Assembly: GCA_030647955.1 (NCBI GenBank)
Contig: JAUSIQ010000038.1
Coordinates: forward strand, 421 to 64,420
Source: a bacterium
Lineage (GTDB): Bacteria > Patescibacteriota > Minisyncoccia > 2-02-FULL-40-12 > IGHO2-12-FULL-4
Length of the DNA: 64,000 nucleotides
Direction: 5' to 3'
Every line of letters starts with the position of its first letter. The stretch's first letter is position 1. The notes under the pieces were generated by a model. That model was not told the origin of the DNA. It was given only the letters and a program-made list of their open reading frames with translations, and ran no database searches. Below are positions 11,061-20,356 of the stretch, in pieces. The translations under genes and the position numbers were made by a program.

Positions 11061-11186
11061 GGTATGTGGGTGAGTTAATAGTATGATTATATTATTTTTA
11101 GCCGATTCTTCAACTCCACCATTAGGAAGCCAATTCATCTCATCTTTATAATTTTCCGTAAGTATAAAATTAATTTAAATAAAACT

Positions 11187-11312
11187 ATGCATATTGTTAC
11201 TACGCCAAGTATTGACGGAACATCGGTTAAAAAGTATTTAGGCATTGTCAGTGGCGAGGCTATTTTGGGAATTTGGCGGCTTTTCCATAACGGGGTTGAC
11301 ATAGTTTGCTGA
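11187..11312 (+). pseudogene. Truncated YbjQ/UPF0145-family gene
   Basis: MHIVTTPSIDGTSVKKYLGIVSGEAILG matches the YbjQ N-terminus, then diverges and stops at 41 aa. Confidence 0.7.
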
Positions 11313-11350
11313 TTAGCTATTGTTTTAGTAAGAAAGATGGAGGTAATAAG

Positions 11351-11533
11351 GTGGTCGTGCAAGAAACATTATGCGAGCATTGTTCCAGAATTAAGGTTTT
11401 TACTGCCGAGGTAAAGGCTTGTTATAAGTGTGGGAAGACGTCGGATGCGGATAGGTATACGCTCAATTATTGCACGGATTGTGCGAAGACTTTAAAAGTA
11501 TGTCGCAACTGCGCGATGGATCTCAAACGGTGA
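11351..11533 (+). CDS. Small protein with four CxxC motifs (probable zinc-binding)
   Basis: CEHC, CYKC, CTDC, CRNC; GGAGGT upstream of GTG; TTGACA upstream. Confidence 0.65.
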   Translation: MVVQETLCEHCSRIKVFTAEVKACYKCGKTSDADRYTLNYCTDCAKTLKVCRNCAMDLKR

Positions 11534-11640
11534 ATTTTTCACCGTTTTTTTGTCGCACAATGTGAAGGGCGTCATTGACTTGTGATTGCATTGCTTGTAT
11601 AAGATAGATAGGTGTAGTTTTTTAAAAAAGGAGCAGGGAC

Positions 11641-12633
11641 ATGATAGCTCCGGAGCTTCGTAAGCTGTTGGCCAGGTTTATTATGGGCCAGGAGGAGGCC
11701 ATTGAGGCCGTAGTGAGAGCGGTGATAGTGGCTGATTTGGGTATTTGTGATCCTCATCGACCGTTGGGCACTTTTTTGTTCGTAGGACCAACGGGAGTAG
11801 GGAAGAGTCAGATTGGGCGAAGCTTGGCAAAAATTTTACATGACGACGATCAGCAAGTGGTAGCAATCAATTGCACCGAGTTCAAAAATCCTCATGATGT
11901 AGCCAAGTTGGTCGGCGCGCCTCCGGGATATATCGGGCATGAGCAACCGCCATTTTTGACCCCGGAAAAATTGATGAAAAAATTTACGGTTATCATTTTT
12001 GAAGAACTGGAAAAGGCTGATCGAAATCTTCAGGATTTGCTTTTACAAGTATTAGAGCGAGGAGAATTAAAAACCGGCCGCGGTGTTGATCTGAATTTCA
12101 CCAACTGCTTCATCATCATGACCTCTAATCTGGGCACCCGAGAGGCAGACAAAATGCGGCGAGGTTCATTGGGTTTTGGTGCGCCAAGGGTTATTATTCC
12201 AGAAGATTTGGCAGGTGAAGAGACTAAGGCGAGGGATGTCTACATGCGGGCGGTGGAAGATTATTTTTCCCCAGAGTTCATTAATCGTGTAGACGAAATC
12301 GTGATTTTCTCCCGTCTGCGATCTCCCCAGTTGATGGCCATTTTGGATAAATTCCTTTTGGATACGCGGGCGCGTTTGGCGATGATCGGTTGCGGATCAA
12401 TCATTACCGACAAAGCCAAGAATTTTCTTATTAATGTCGGAACTAATCTGCGCTACGGGGCGAGGCCGTTAAAGAGAGCGGTTCGAGAACATTTGGAGTT
12501 TCCTTTAGCTAATTTTATTGCAGAGCGAGGATTGGATCAGAATCAGGTTGCAGTGGTGGACTACTCTTCTATAGAGAAGAAACTGACATTTGAGATTATG
12601 GGTACGGCCGCGGCTCAAAAGATGGTCGCCTAA
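11641..12633 (+). CDS. Stand-alone ClpA/B-type AAA+ ATPase (second nucleotide-binding domain only)
   Basis: GQEEAI, GPTGVGKS, GAPPGYIG pore loop, IIFEELEKA, MTSNLG, PEFINRVD, GARPLKR. Confidence 0.88.
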   Translation: MIAPELRKLLARFIMGQEEAIEAVVRAVIVADLGICDPHRPLGTFLFVGPTGVGKSQIGRSLAKILHDDDQQVVAINCTEFKNPHDVAKLVGAPPGYIGHEQPPFLTPEKLMKKFTVIIFEELEKADRNLQDLLLQVLERGELKTGRGVDLNFTNCFIIMTSNLGTREADKMRRGSLGFGAPRVIIPEDLAGEETKARDVYMRAVEDYFSPEFINRVDEIVIFSRLRSPQLMAILDKFLLDTRARLAMIGCGSIITDKAKNFLINVGTNLRYGARPLKRAVREHLEFPLANFIAERGLDQNQVAVVDYSSIEKKLTFEIMGTAAAQKMVA

Positions 12634-12639
12634 AGGGCG

Positions 12640-12669
12640 AGACCCAACTATGAAGGTGGGTCTTTTTTT
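12640..12669 (+). terminator. Intrinsic terminator
   Basis: agaccca...tgggtct hairpin followed by a T-run. Confidence 0.65.
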
Positions 12670-12723
12670 ATTCTTGAATTCCATCGGGATTGAGGCTATA
12701 ATTTTAATATTGTGCAGAGCCTT

Positions 12724-13798
12724 ATGGAAGAACAATTATTAAGCCGCCAATTGGAAGATTTACGCGAAGAGACCCGCCAATTAGCGGACCGTCTTTGAGG
12801 TTGTCCACAAGCAGGGCCGCATCAAGGAAATCGAGGTGGCCATGCAAGATGCCGGTTTCTGGCAGAATTCCGCCCAGGCTCAAGAAAAAGTTGCCGAACT
12901 GAATAGTTTAAAGGCCGAGATCGAAGAATGGCAAGAGTTAGATTTGCAAATTGAACTTTTGAAAGATGTTGCGGAAGAAGAAGCGCGAAAACAGTTGCCG
13001 GCTTTACAAAAGGCTTTGGCGAAATTAAGGATGCGCACGCTGTTTTCCGGAAAGCATGATAAGAGCGATGCCTTGTTGGAAATATTTTCCGGAGCGGGAG
13101 GTGTCGATGCCCAAGACTGGGCCAGTATGCTGTTACGGATGTATACTCGCTATACGGATAAGAGTAATTTTACTTTCAAAATTTTACATCAATCGTGGGG
13201 TGAACAAAAAGGAACCAAGTCAGCCACCATTGAAATCAGAGGAAAGTTTGCTTACGGTTATTTAAAAGGAGAGTCCGGCGTACATCGCTTGGTCAGAATC
13301 TCTCCCTTTTCATCCAAGAGCTTACGGCACACCTCTTTCGCTTTGGTGGAGGTTTTACCCTTGATTGAAGGTAAAGTTGATTTAAAAATTAAACCTGAAG
13401 ATTTAAGAATCGATACTTTTCGTTCTTCCGGTCCAGGCGGCCAGAATGTGAATAAACTAGAAACGGCCGTGAGAGTGACGCATCTGCCAACGAGTTTGAG
13501 CGTGGCGGTGCAATCGGAAAGATCACAAAGTCAAAATAGAGAAAAAGCTTTGGCGGTGCTCTATTCCAGATTAATTAAGATGATGGAGGAAAAAGAAATC
13601 GCCGAAGTGGAAAAATTAAAATCATTGCAGGAGCCGGGAGGAATTGAGTGGGGTAGCCAGATTCGTTCCTACGTTCTCCATCCTTACAAACTAGTCAAAG
13701 ATCATCGTACCAACGTAGAGTCTCACGATCCGGAAGGGGTTTTAGAAGGTGACCTCGAGGAGTTTATACAGGCAGAGATCAGTTCATCAGGTTCATAA
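12724..13798 (+). CDS. prfB: Peptide chain release factor 2 with programmed +1 frameshift at CTT-TGA (12793-12798)
   Basis: 24-codon ORF MEEQ..ADRL ends in CTT TGA; +1 frame continues to GAGGVDAQDW, VRISPF (SPF) and GPGGQNVNK. Confidence 0.96.
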
Positions 13799-13849
13799 AG
13801 TACAAATCATAAAACTTTAAGAACTTGATAAACTTTCTACTTTATAACT
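13781..13849. repeat. ORF-less copy of the inverted AGTT(C)AT(A/C)A element (left and right arms)
   Basis: agttcatcaggttcataaagt-acaaa-tcataaaactttaagaacttgataaactttctactttataact; overlaps the prfB stop. Confidence 0.75.
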
Positions 13850-13865
13850 AGTTTGCCAAGCAATC

Positions 13866-14549
13866 ATGATCAATTTCAAAAAAGTAACCAAAAAATATAC
13901 TCATCACTTCACGGCTTTAGAAGATATTAATTTAGAAATTAAGCCGGGAGAATTTGTTTCTTTGGTGGGACCATCGGGTGCGGGTAAATCGACTTTGATT
14001 AAGATGTTGATCAAAGAAGATCGGCCCACTTCGGGCCAGGTCATTTTGGACGGAGTGGATTTGGCGGATGTGCGCGATCGCGACATCCCTTTTTTGCGCC
14101 GCAAGATCGGGACTATTTTTCAAGACTTTCGTTTGTTAGACAGTAAGACGGCCTTCGAGAATGTCGCCTTTGCCTTGGAGGTCTCGGGAGCAGGTGAAGA
14201 CGAAATTGCCGAAGACGTGCCGCGAGTATTAGCGATTGTTGGTTTGTCTGAAAAGCACACTAACTTTCCCAAAGAAATGTCCGGCGGAGAAAAGCAAAGG
14301 CTAGCTATTGCTCGGGCGCTCATTCATCGCCCTAAAATCATTTTGGCCGACGAGCCAACCGGTAATTTGGATTTAGTGAACAGTTACGATGTGCTAAAAT
14401 TATTGTGGCGTATTAATGAGTTGGGAACGACGGTCATTTTAGCCACTCACGATCGCGAAATTGTTAATACGGTTGGTAAGCGGGTGATTTCAATGGAAAA
14501 AGGGCGCGTAGTGCGTGACCAATTAGAAGGCGGTAAATATATAATTTAA
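13866..14549 (+). CDS. ftsE: Cell division ATP-binding protein FtsE
   Basis: GPSGAGKST, IPFLRRKIG, MSGGEKQR, DEPTGNLD; adjacent to ftsX. Confidence 0.93.
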   Translation: MINFKKVTKKYTHHFTALEDINLEIKPGEFVSLVGPSGAGKSTLIKMLIKEDRPTSGQVILDGVDLADVRDRDIPFLRRKIGTIFQDFRLLDSKTAFENVAFALEVSGAGEDEIAEDVPRVLAIVGLSEKHTNFPKEMSGGEKQRLAIARALIHRPKIILADEPTGNLDLVNSYDVLKLLWRINELGTTVILATHDREIVNTVGKRVISMEKGRVVRDQLEGGKYII

Positions 14550-14551
14550 AT

Positions 14552-15484
14552 ATGGAAAAAGAAAAACAAGTCGTAAAGTCTTATTCTCTCGCTCGCATCA
14601 TCAAAGCCGGTTGGATCAATTTTCGCCGCAATAGCTTTTTGAGTTTTGGAGCAACGGGAATATTGGCTTTAGCCCTTTTGGTTTTATCCGGACTGATCAT
14701 TCTCAATTTCTTTACGGACACCGTGGTCTCGTCTTTGGATGAAAAGGTGGATGTGAGTGTCTATTTCCAAGACAGCGCCAAAGAGGATCAAATTTTAAAA
14801 ATTAAATCAGATCTGGAGGGCCTTAACAATGTTAAGGCCGTGGCTTACGTTTCGAAAGAACAAGCTTTGGAAGATTTTAAAAGCCGTCATGGAACTGATC
14901 AGTTAATTCAAGATTCTATTTCCGAGCTGGATTACAATCCCTTGCAGTCTTCTTTGAATGTCAAAGCGACCGCTTTTGGTCAGTATGCTTCGATTGTAAA
15001 ATTCTTAGAAGATAACCCTCTCAAAACGGCTATCGATAAAATTAACTTTTACGAAAACGAGGCCGCCATCAATCGCATTGAAAGCATTTCCAAAGGATTA
15101 AGTGTGTGGGGAACGACTATCACCATCTTTTTGGCCTTGGTGGCCGTGTTGGTAACCTTTAACACCATTCGTCTTACCATTTATAACAAAAAAGAAGAGA
15201 TCGAAATTATGAAATTAGTCGGTGCGTCCAGTTGGCATATTCGGGGACCATTTGTGGCCGAAGGGGCGTTCTATGGAATATTTGCCGCCATCTTGGCCTT
15301 GGCCATATTTTACCCGGCCATCCATTTTGCTTCTCCCAAAGTTTTATCCTTTGCTCCGAACATTAACCTTCAAGGTTACTTTATGAATTATCTAGGTGAG
15401 ATGCTCTTGGTGGTCTTCGGCGTAGGCCTTCTTTTGGGCATGATCTCTAGCGGTATCGCTATCCGCAAGCATCTCAAAATCTAG
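14552..15484 (+). CDS. ftsX: Cell division permease FtsX
   Basis: YVSKEQAL, NPL, NTIRLTIY..EEIEIMKLVGAS.W.IRGPF. Confidence 0.92.
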   Translation: MEKEKQVVKSYSLARIIKAGWINFRRNSFLSFGATGILALALLVLSGLIILNFFTDTVVSSLDEKVDVSVYFQDSAKEDQILKIKSDLEGLNNVKAVAYVSKEQALEDFKSRHGTDQLIQDSISELDYNPLQSSLNVKATAFGQYASIVKFLEDNPLKTAIDKINFYENEAAINRIESISKGLSVWGTTITIFLALVAVLVTFNTIRLTIYNKKEEIEIMKLVGASSWHIRGPFVAEGAFYGIFAAILALAIFYPAIHFASPKVLSFAPNINLQGYFMNYLGEMLLVVFGVGLLLGMISSGIAIRKHLKI

Positions 15485-15551
15485 CGATACATTTGACAAA
15501 TCTTATCTTTTGTCCTATACTCTTAACATAGTTTTTTTAAAGGAGAAAGCA

Positions 15552-15812
15552 GTGGAGAACAAGACCGAAAGGCTTCTGGACAGTGTCAATAATGTGGCCG
15601 ATAAGTTGTATAAGGGGCAAATTAGTCAGATTACCCCCGTTCAGTGGCTCATTGTTATGGCGTCGGTTATTGTATTCTTAAGCATTGTTGGATTGATCTT
15701 GAGCTTGGGGAGCGTGCTTGTCTTTGTCTTGCTCGACCTTGTTGTAACGATTCTGTGGCCCGCGGTAATTATTTTGTTGATTTGGATGGTAATATTGCGC
15801 ATTAGGCGCTAG
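15552..15812 (+). CDS. Hypothetical small membrane protein
   Basis: TTGACA..TATACT promoter, AGGAG upstream of GTG, long hydrophobic stretch. Confidence 0.6.
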   Translation: MENKTERLLDSVNNVADKLYKGQISQITPVQWLIVMASVIVFLSIVGLILSLGSVLVFVLLDLVVTILWPAVIILLIWMVILRIRR

Positions 15813-15933
15813 CGGTCTTATGGGTGTTCTTTCTTAGCTCCGATTTTTCGGAGTTTTTTCTTGAAAAAAGCCCATTTTTGTTTTACAGTATGGTTTATTG
15901 CCCCATTGTGGGGGTATTTAATATCTAATCTTT

Positions 15934-16004
15934 TGCGGGATCGTCTAGCGGTAGGACGTCGCTCTCTGAAAGCGAAAACCTTGGTTCGACCCCAAGTCCC
16001 GCAG
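15934..16004 (+). tRNA. tRNA-Gln (CTG)
   Basis: Acceptor stem tgcggga/tcccgca; anticodon arm tcgct-ctCTGaa-agcga; T arm cttgg-ttcgacc-ccaag. Confidence 0.95.
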
Positions 16005-16060
16005 CACTTGATTTACATCATAGGATGTGGTATAATTATACTATTCAGGAAGGAGATAAC

Positions 16061-16206
16061 ATGTTCATTTGCAAAAATGCCTGAAGGACGATGGACACTT
16101 CGCGGTCCATGGCTTCCAATCGAGGGGCCCATGCGAAGTCTGTAATAAAACAAAGAACTGCGTGGACTTTAAGTGCCCGCCGCGCACGAAGGCACCAAAG
16201 AAGTAA
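16061..16206 (+). pseudogene. Small Cys-rich protein split by a frameshift in an A5 run
   Basis: TATAAT, AAGGAG, ATG; adding one A gives MFICKKCLKDDGHFAVHGFQSRGPCEVCNKTKNCVDFKCPPRTKAPKK*. Confidence 0.6.
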
Positions 16207-16271
16207 CTCGGCTCTACGCCCAGGGGGTCCGCAAAGGAGTTCGCTCGAAATTCGAGCTCTCCCGAGCGGCC

Positions 16272-16309
16272 AGCCTCGCCTATGACGCAAGTCTAGGCGG
16301 GGCTTTTTT
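16272..16309 (+). terminator. Intrinsic terminator
   Basis: agcctcgccta..taggcggggct followed by a T-run. Confidence 0.75.
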
Positions 16310-16399
16310 GTTGGTTTTTGTGTGAGGTGTTGACTTCCTTCTTAGATAAAGTGTACACTGGCATATTAAAGTATTAAAATTAAATTATTTTTTATCCAT

Positions 16400-19300
16400 A
16401 TGGCAATCACAAAGAATAAGTTTCTGATAACTCCCGTTATATTTCTATTAATTTCCATTGGTTTTTTGAATGTCCAAAAAACCAATGCCGACATCACCAC
16501 CGGCTTAGTCGGTCATTGGGAGTTTGATGAGGGGTCAGGTACAGTTGCTACTGATTCATCAGGAAGCGGAAATACGGGGACATTGACCAACGGCCCGACT
16601 TGGGTCGCTGGTAAGGTTGGCAGCGGGGCAGTGAGATTGGATGGGACGAATGATTATGTGTTGCTTAACAATACTGTCATCGGCACCCAGAATTTAACAT
16701 TTTGCGCCTGGGTATATCAAAATTCTTCTCCGCCCAACCGTTTTAACAGCATTATAGATAACACGCAGTTCAATGTGACAGTCGATACTTATTCTGCTCC
16801 GACTCTGAATTTTAGAGCTTCAAATAATGGCGGGGCGAGCGCCATCTCGAGCAGCGCTTATCAAACCAATACCTGGAATCACGTTTGTTTCATCCGAAGC
16901 GGGAGCACTGGTACTTTTTACATAAATGGATCTATTTCCGGAACAGCCGACCAGAGCATAGGAACGCCGACCGCGACTGGTTTTCCTTCTGCCATTGGCC
17001 AGTACAGCAGTATTAACGCAACCAATTTTTATGGAAGTATGGACGAAGTCCGCATCTATAACCGCGCTCTTTCTGCATCTGATGTGGTTGAGTTGTACAA
17101 CTACACCGGCACTCCTTCTGATACTGAAGCCCCTTCTATTCCGACAGATCTTTCAGCAACAACTGTTTCTTCATCTGAAATCAATCTTTCCTGGACTGCT
17201 TCCACAGACAATGTAGGAGTAGCCGGATACAGCGTCTTCAGATGCCAAGGAGTCGGCTGCACTCCATCAGTGGAGGTCGCTACTTCTGCCACAAACTCGT
17301 ATTCCGATTCCGGTCTTACTGCTAGTAGTACCTATGCTTATACAGTGGCTGCGTATGATGCAGCAGTAAATGTCTCAAGTCAATCAATCTCTGCCTCTGC
17401 CACCACTCAAGCTCCTGCTCCAGACACAACCCCGCCTGTGAGATCAGCTGGTGCTCCGTCCGGAACATTGGCAACCGGCACCACCGGCACCACTCTTTCG
17501 CTCACCACTGATGAAACTGCCAATTGCAGATATTCTACGATTGCTGATACTGCCTATGCCTCAATGACTGACACCTTCTCTACGACTGGCAGCACTTCCC
17601 ATTCAACCGCAGTATCAGGATTATCTGACGGCAACACTTATAATTATTATGTTAGGTGCGAGGATTCAGTTGGAAACCCAAATACTACTGATTACACCAT
17701 TACTTTTTCGGTAGCCAGTCCCGGCACAGGCAACACGATTAACGCTGCCAGCTGTTCCCAGACAGATGTTCAGAATGCCATAAACCTTGCCATAGACGGT
17801 GATACAGTAAATATTCCGGAAGGAACTTGTCCTTGGACAGGCACGGTGACCGTCAACACTGCCATTACTGTTACTGGTCCCACTTGTACTACGGACGCCA
17901 ATGGTCGAGCGACATCCTGCCCGACTGTGATTACAAATAATGTCAGCAGCGGTAATGTTATGACTGCGAATTTGGTATATGACAAAATTACGCGCATCTC
18001 TAACCTCGAGTTTGCCAGTGGAACCGGCGGGGCGCAGTTTATGGCGATCAATGGAGCGAATACTGACAATCGGCGCTTTCGGGTTGATCATGTCAAAATG
18101 ATGGTGACAGGATCGACTTTTTGTGCGTTCTCATTCGGTCAAGCCTATGGCGTGGTGGATCACAGCACGATCGCGGGCAACAAACCAGCCTATGTCGGCT
18201 TTATCTTCGGTAAGAATGGCTCGGGTTCTGGCGACGAAAACTTCTATGCTGGACCGCAGTGGGGAACGGACAAGTATGTGTTTTTTGAAGACGTTACTAT
18301 GGATCAGACAAACCCTGACTTTCAACTAACCTTGTTTGAATCGCACGCTGGCGGGCGGTATGTCCTGCGCAATTCTACTCTCAACCGCGGCCTCTTCGAA
18401 GTTCACGGCAGTGATGGCAGTCGCCATCGCAGTACAGTGGCCATTGAGGTGTATAATAATGTGTTCACTACGTCTGCTATCGGTTCTGGTATTGGTTTCC
18501 TGCGGGGCGGCGTGCAAACCATCCATGACAATGCGATTTATTCACCCGGTGGTAATAACGTTAGCATGGATCTATTGACTTCGCGGATCATTGATCCGGT
18601 CTCTTCCTTTGGCATGGCAGATGGGCGCAATCAGTGGGATGTGAACAATCCTGGCAATCCCTTTACCACTGATACTGCAGTCGCTGCCGGTGTATTGACC
18701 GTTGATATGAGCGGGGCACCATGGACGAATGATCAATGGAAAGGCTACACAGTGCGAAAGACGGGTGGTCCCTCGGTTAGAACCTGTTCGCAATTGATTC
18801 GCAACGGCGACATTGTTACAGCAACGTGCAATAGCCACGGGTTTTCCAGCGGGGAACGCGTCAGCGTTTATGGAGCGGCACTCAATACCGGAAATCTTAG
18901 TTCGTATGCCAGTATTTACCCAATTAGTAATGTCACTGCTAACACTTTTAGCTTCACGTTGCACGGTGGCTCCGGCACGCCGGCTGATGTAATGAGCGGG
19001 GAGATTCTTGCCACCCGGGGCGTGTGGGCGAGTGTGATTACGCAGAACGACAATAACACACTAAACTTCAGTGGTTCGCTCTTCGGCGATTATCTCACTT
19101 TTTCAGTCGGTGATACATTCGAAATCAATAAAGTAGACCATTCGCTTGACCAGAATGGGCGTGCCGGAGGGTCCTTCATTACTGGGGAAGGTGGTCCCAC
19201 GCCACCTCCGGGCTGGAACGATCAGACAACAATAGGTAATTATGAGTGGAATAATGTGCGATGCCCGAGCTCGCCGCCTACGCTAAATTGTGTCGGCGGG

Positions 19301-19732
19301 TCCGCGGCGGAAGTCTCTTTTGTAGCGCAGCATCCCCAGCTTCAAGAAGGCGTCCATTATTTCAATGATGCCCAGCGCGCTGGTTATACTCCTTTTATCT
19401 ATCCTCATCCATTGGTAATTGGAGGTGGCACTCCGCCGCCCCCTGCTCCTGATACCACTGCCCCTGCCATCTCCTTTGCGTCAAATATCACTTCTTCAGG
19501 GGCCACAGTTATCTGGGGTACCAACGAACTGGCTACTTCTCAGGTGGAATACGGCGTTACACCTTCATATGGGAACCAGACCGTAGAAGACACAGTTCTT
19601 AAGACCAACCACTCCGTAATCCTTTCAGGCTTGTCTCCGATCACAACTTATAATTTCCGCATCAGAACCAAAGATGCAGATGGTAATTTAGGACTTTCTT
19701 CTAATTATACATTTACCACTTCTGCTCCCTAG
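16400..19732 (+). CDS. Secreted multidomain surface protein: LamG-like, FN3, Ig-like, beta-helix-like core, C-terminal FN3-like domain
   Basis: Signal peptide; GLVGHWEFDEGSG...GSMDEVRIYNRALS; DTEAPSIP..LSWTASTDNVGVAGY; INAASCSQTDVQNAI...YPHPL; SQVEYG..H.V.LSGL. Confidence 0.85.
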   Translation: MAITKNKFLITPVIFLLISIGFLNVQKTNADITTGLVGHWEFDEGSGTVATDSSGSGNTGTLTNGPTWVAGKVGSGAVRLDGTNDYVLLNNTVIGTQNLTFCAWVYQNSSPPNRFNSIIDNTQFNVTVDTYSAPTLNFRASNNGGASAISSSAYQTNTWNHVCFIRSGSTGTFYINGSISGTADQSIGTPTATGFPSAIGQYSSINATNFYGSMDEVRIYNRALSASDVVELYNYTGTPSDTEAPSIPTDLSATTVSSSEINLSWTASTDNVGVAGYSVFRCQGVGCTPSVEVATSATNSYSDSGLTASSTYAYTVAAYDAAVNVSSQSISASATTQAPAPDTTPPVRSAGAPSGTLATGTTGTTLSLTTDETANCRYSTIADTAYASMTDTFSTTGSTSHSTAVSGLSDGNTYNYYVRCEDSVGNPNTTDYTITFSVASPGTGNTINAASCSQTDVQNAINLAIDGDTVNIPEGTCPWTGTVTVNTAITVTGPTCTTDANGRATSCPTVITNNVSSGNVMTANLVYDKITRISNLEFASGTGGAQFMAINGANTDNRRFRVDHVKMMVTGSTFCAFSFGQAYGVVDHSTIAGNKPAYVGFIFGKNGSGSGDENFYAGPQWGTDKYVFFEDVTMDQTNPDFQLTLFESHAGGRYVLRNSTLNRGLFEVHGSDGSRHRSTVAIEVYNNVFTTSAIGSGIGFLRGGVQTIHDNAIYSPGGNNVSMDLLTSRIIDPVSSFGMADGRNQWDVNNPGNPFTTDTAVAAGVLTVDMSGAPWTNDQWKGYTVRKTGGPSVRTCSQLIRNGDIVTATCNSHGFSSGERVSVYGAALNTGNLSSYASIYPISNVTANTFSFTLHGGSGTPADVMSGEILATRGVWASVITQNDNNTLNFSGSLFGDYLTFSVGDTFEINKVDHSLDQNGRAGGSFITGEGGPTPPPGWNDQTTIGNYEWNNVRCPSSPPTLNCVGGSAAEVSFVAQHPQLQEGVHYFNDAQRAGYTPFIYPHPLVIGGGTPPPPAPDTTAPAISFASNITSSGATVIWGTNELATSQVEYGVTPSYGNQTVEDTVLKTNHSVILSGLSPITTYNFRIRTKDADGNLGLSSNYTFTTSAP

Positions 19733-19737
19733 TCTCG

Positions 19738-19767
19738 AAAATACCCCGACGAGCGTCGGGGTATTTT
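19738..19767. terminator. Bidirectional-type intrinsic terminator
   Basis: aaaataccccgacg ag cgtcggggtatttt perfect inverted repeat. Confidence 0.85.
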
Positions 19768-19824
19768 GTTCAGGAGGGACAGCAAATATTTTTTGCAGAT
19801 TATTTTTTTTGCTATACTCATGGT

Positions 19825-20235
19825 ATGAGTAGGTCTCGAGAAGAACTAATTAAAGATTTTCATCAAGCTTTTGGTTTGAGTATCGACGAAGAGCCGACGG
19901 TGAGGCTTTTGGAATTGCGGCGCACTTTAATTGGAGAAGAGGTCAAAGAATTGTTCGCGGACATGGATAGCGCTATTGCGCATCTCAAAGAAGGCAAAGC
20001 CGTTCCCCAAGCGCTGTACTCTAACATGCTCAAAGAGTTGGCGGACGTGCAGGTGGTGGTTTCTGGAACTTCGGTAGCTTTAAAGCCACTTAATAAACTT
20101 GATGAAGCGTTAAGTAGAGTGCATCTTTCGAATATGAGTAAACTGGGTGAGGATGGGAAGCCTATTTTTCGCGAAGACGGTAAAGTATTAAAAGGCCCTA
20201 AATATTTTTCTCCGGACTTAGCGGATTTAATTTAA
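19825..20235 (+). CDS. All-alpha NTP pyrophosphohydrolase (MazG / PRA-PH-like)
   Basis: LIGEEVKEL, KELAD, VHLSNMSK, REDGKVLKGP. Confidence 0.85.
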   Translation: MSRSREELIKDFHQAFGLSIDEEPTVRLLELRRTLIGEEVKELFADMDSAIAHLKEGKAVPQALYSNMLKELADVQVVVSGTSVALKPLNKLDEALSRVHLSNMSKLGEDGKPIFREDGKVLKGPKYFSPDLADLI

Positions 20236-20356
20236 GATTTTTCCATATATCCATGAAATTCCGCAGCAGTCGTGCGGGGTTTTCTGTTTTTTTACCCTTC
20301 TTTACATAATTAGCCGATCGTAATAATCTAAAGATAGCGAAATTAATTTTAATATT

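Noticed and set aside
15861-16290. ORF-track proteins at 15861, 16045 and 16091
   Set aside because: They overlap tRNA-Gln, the frameshifted Cys-rich gene or hairpins and have no recognisable features
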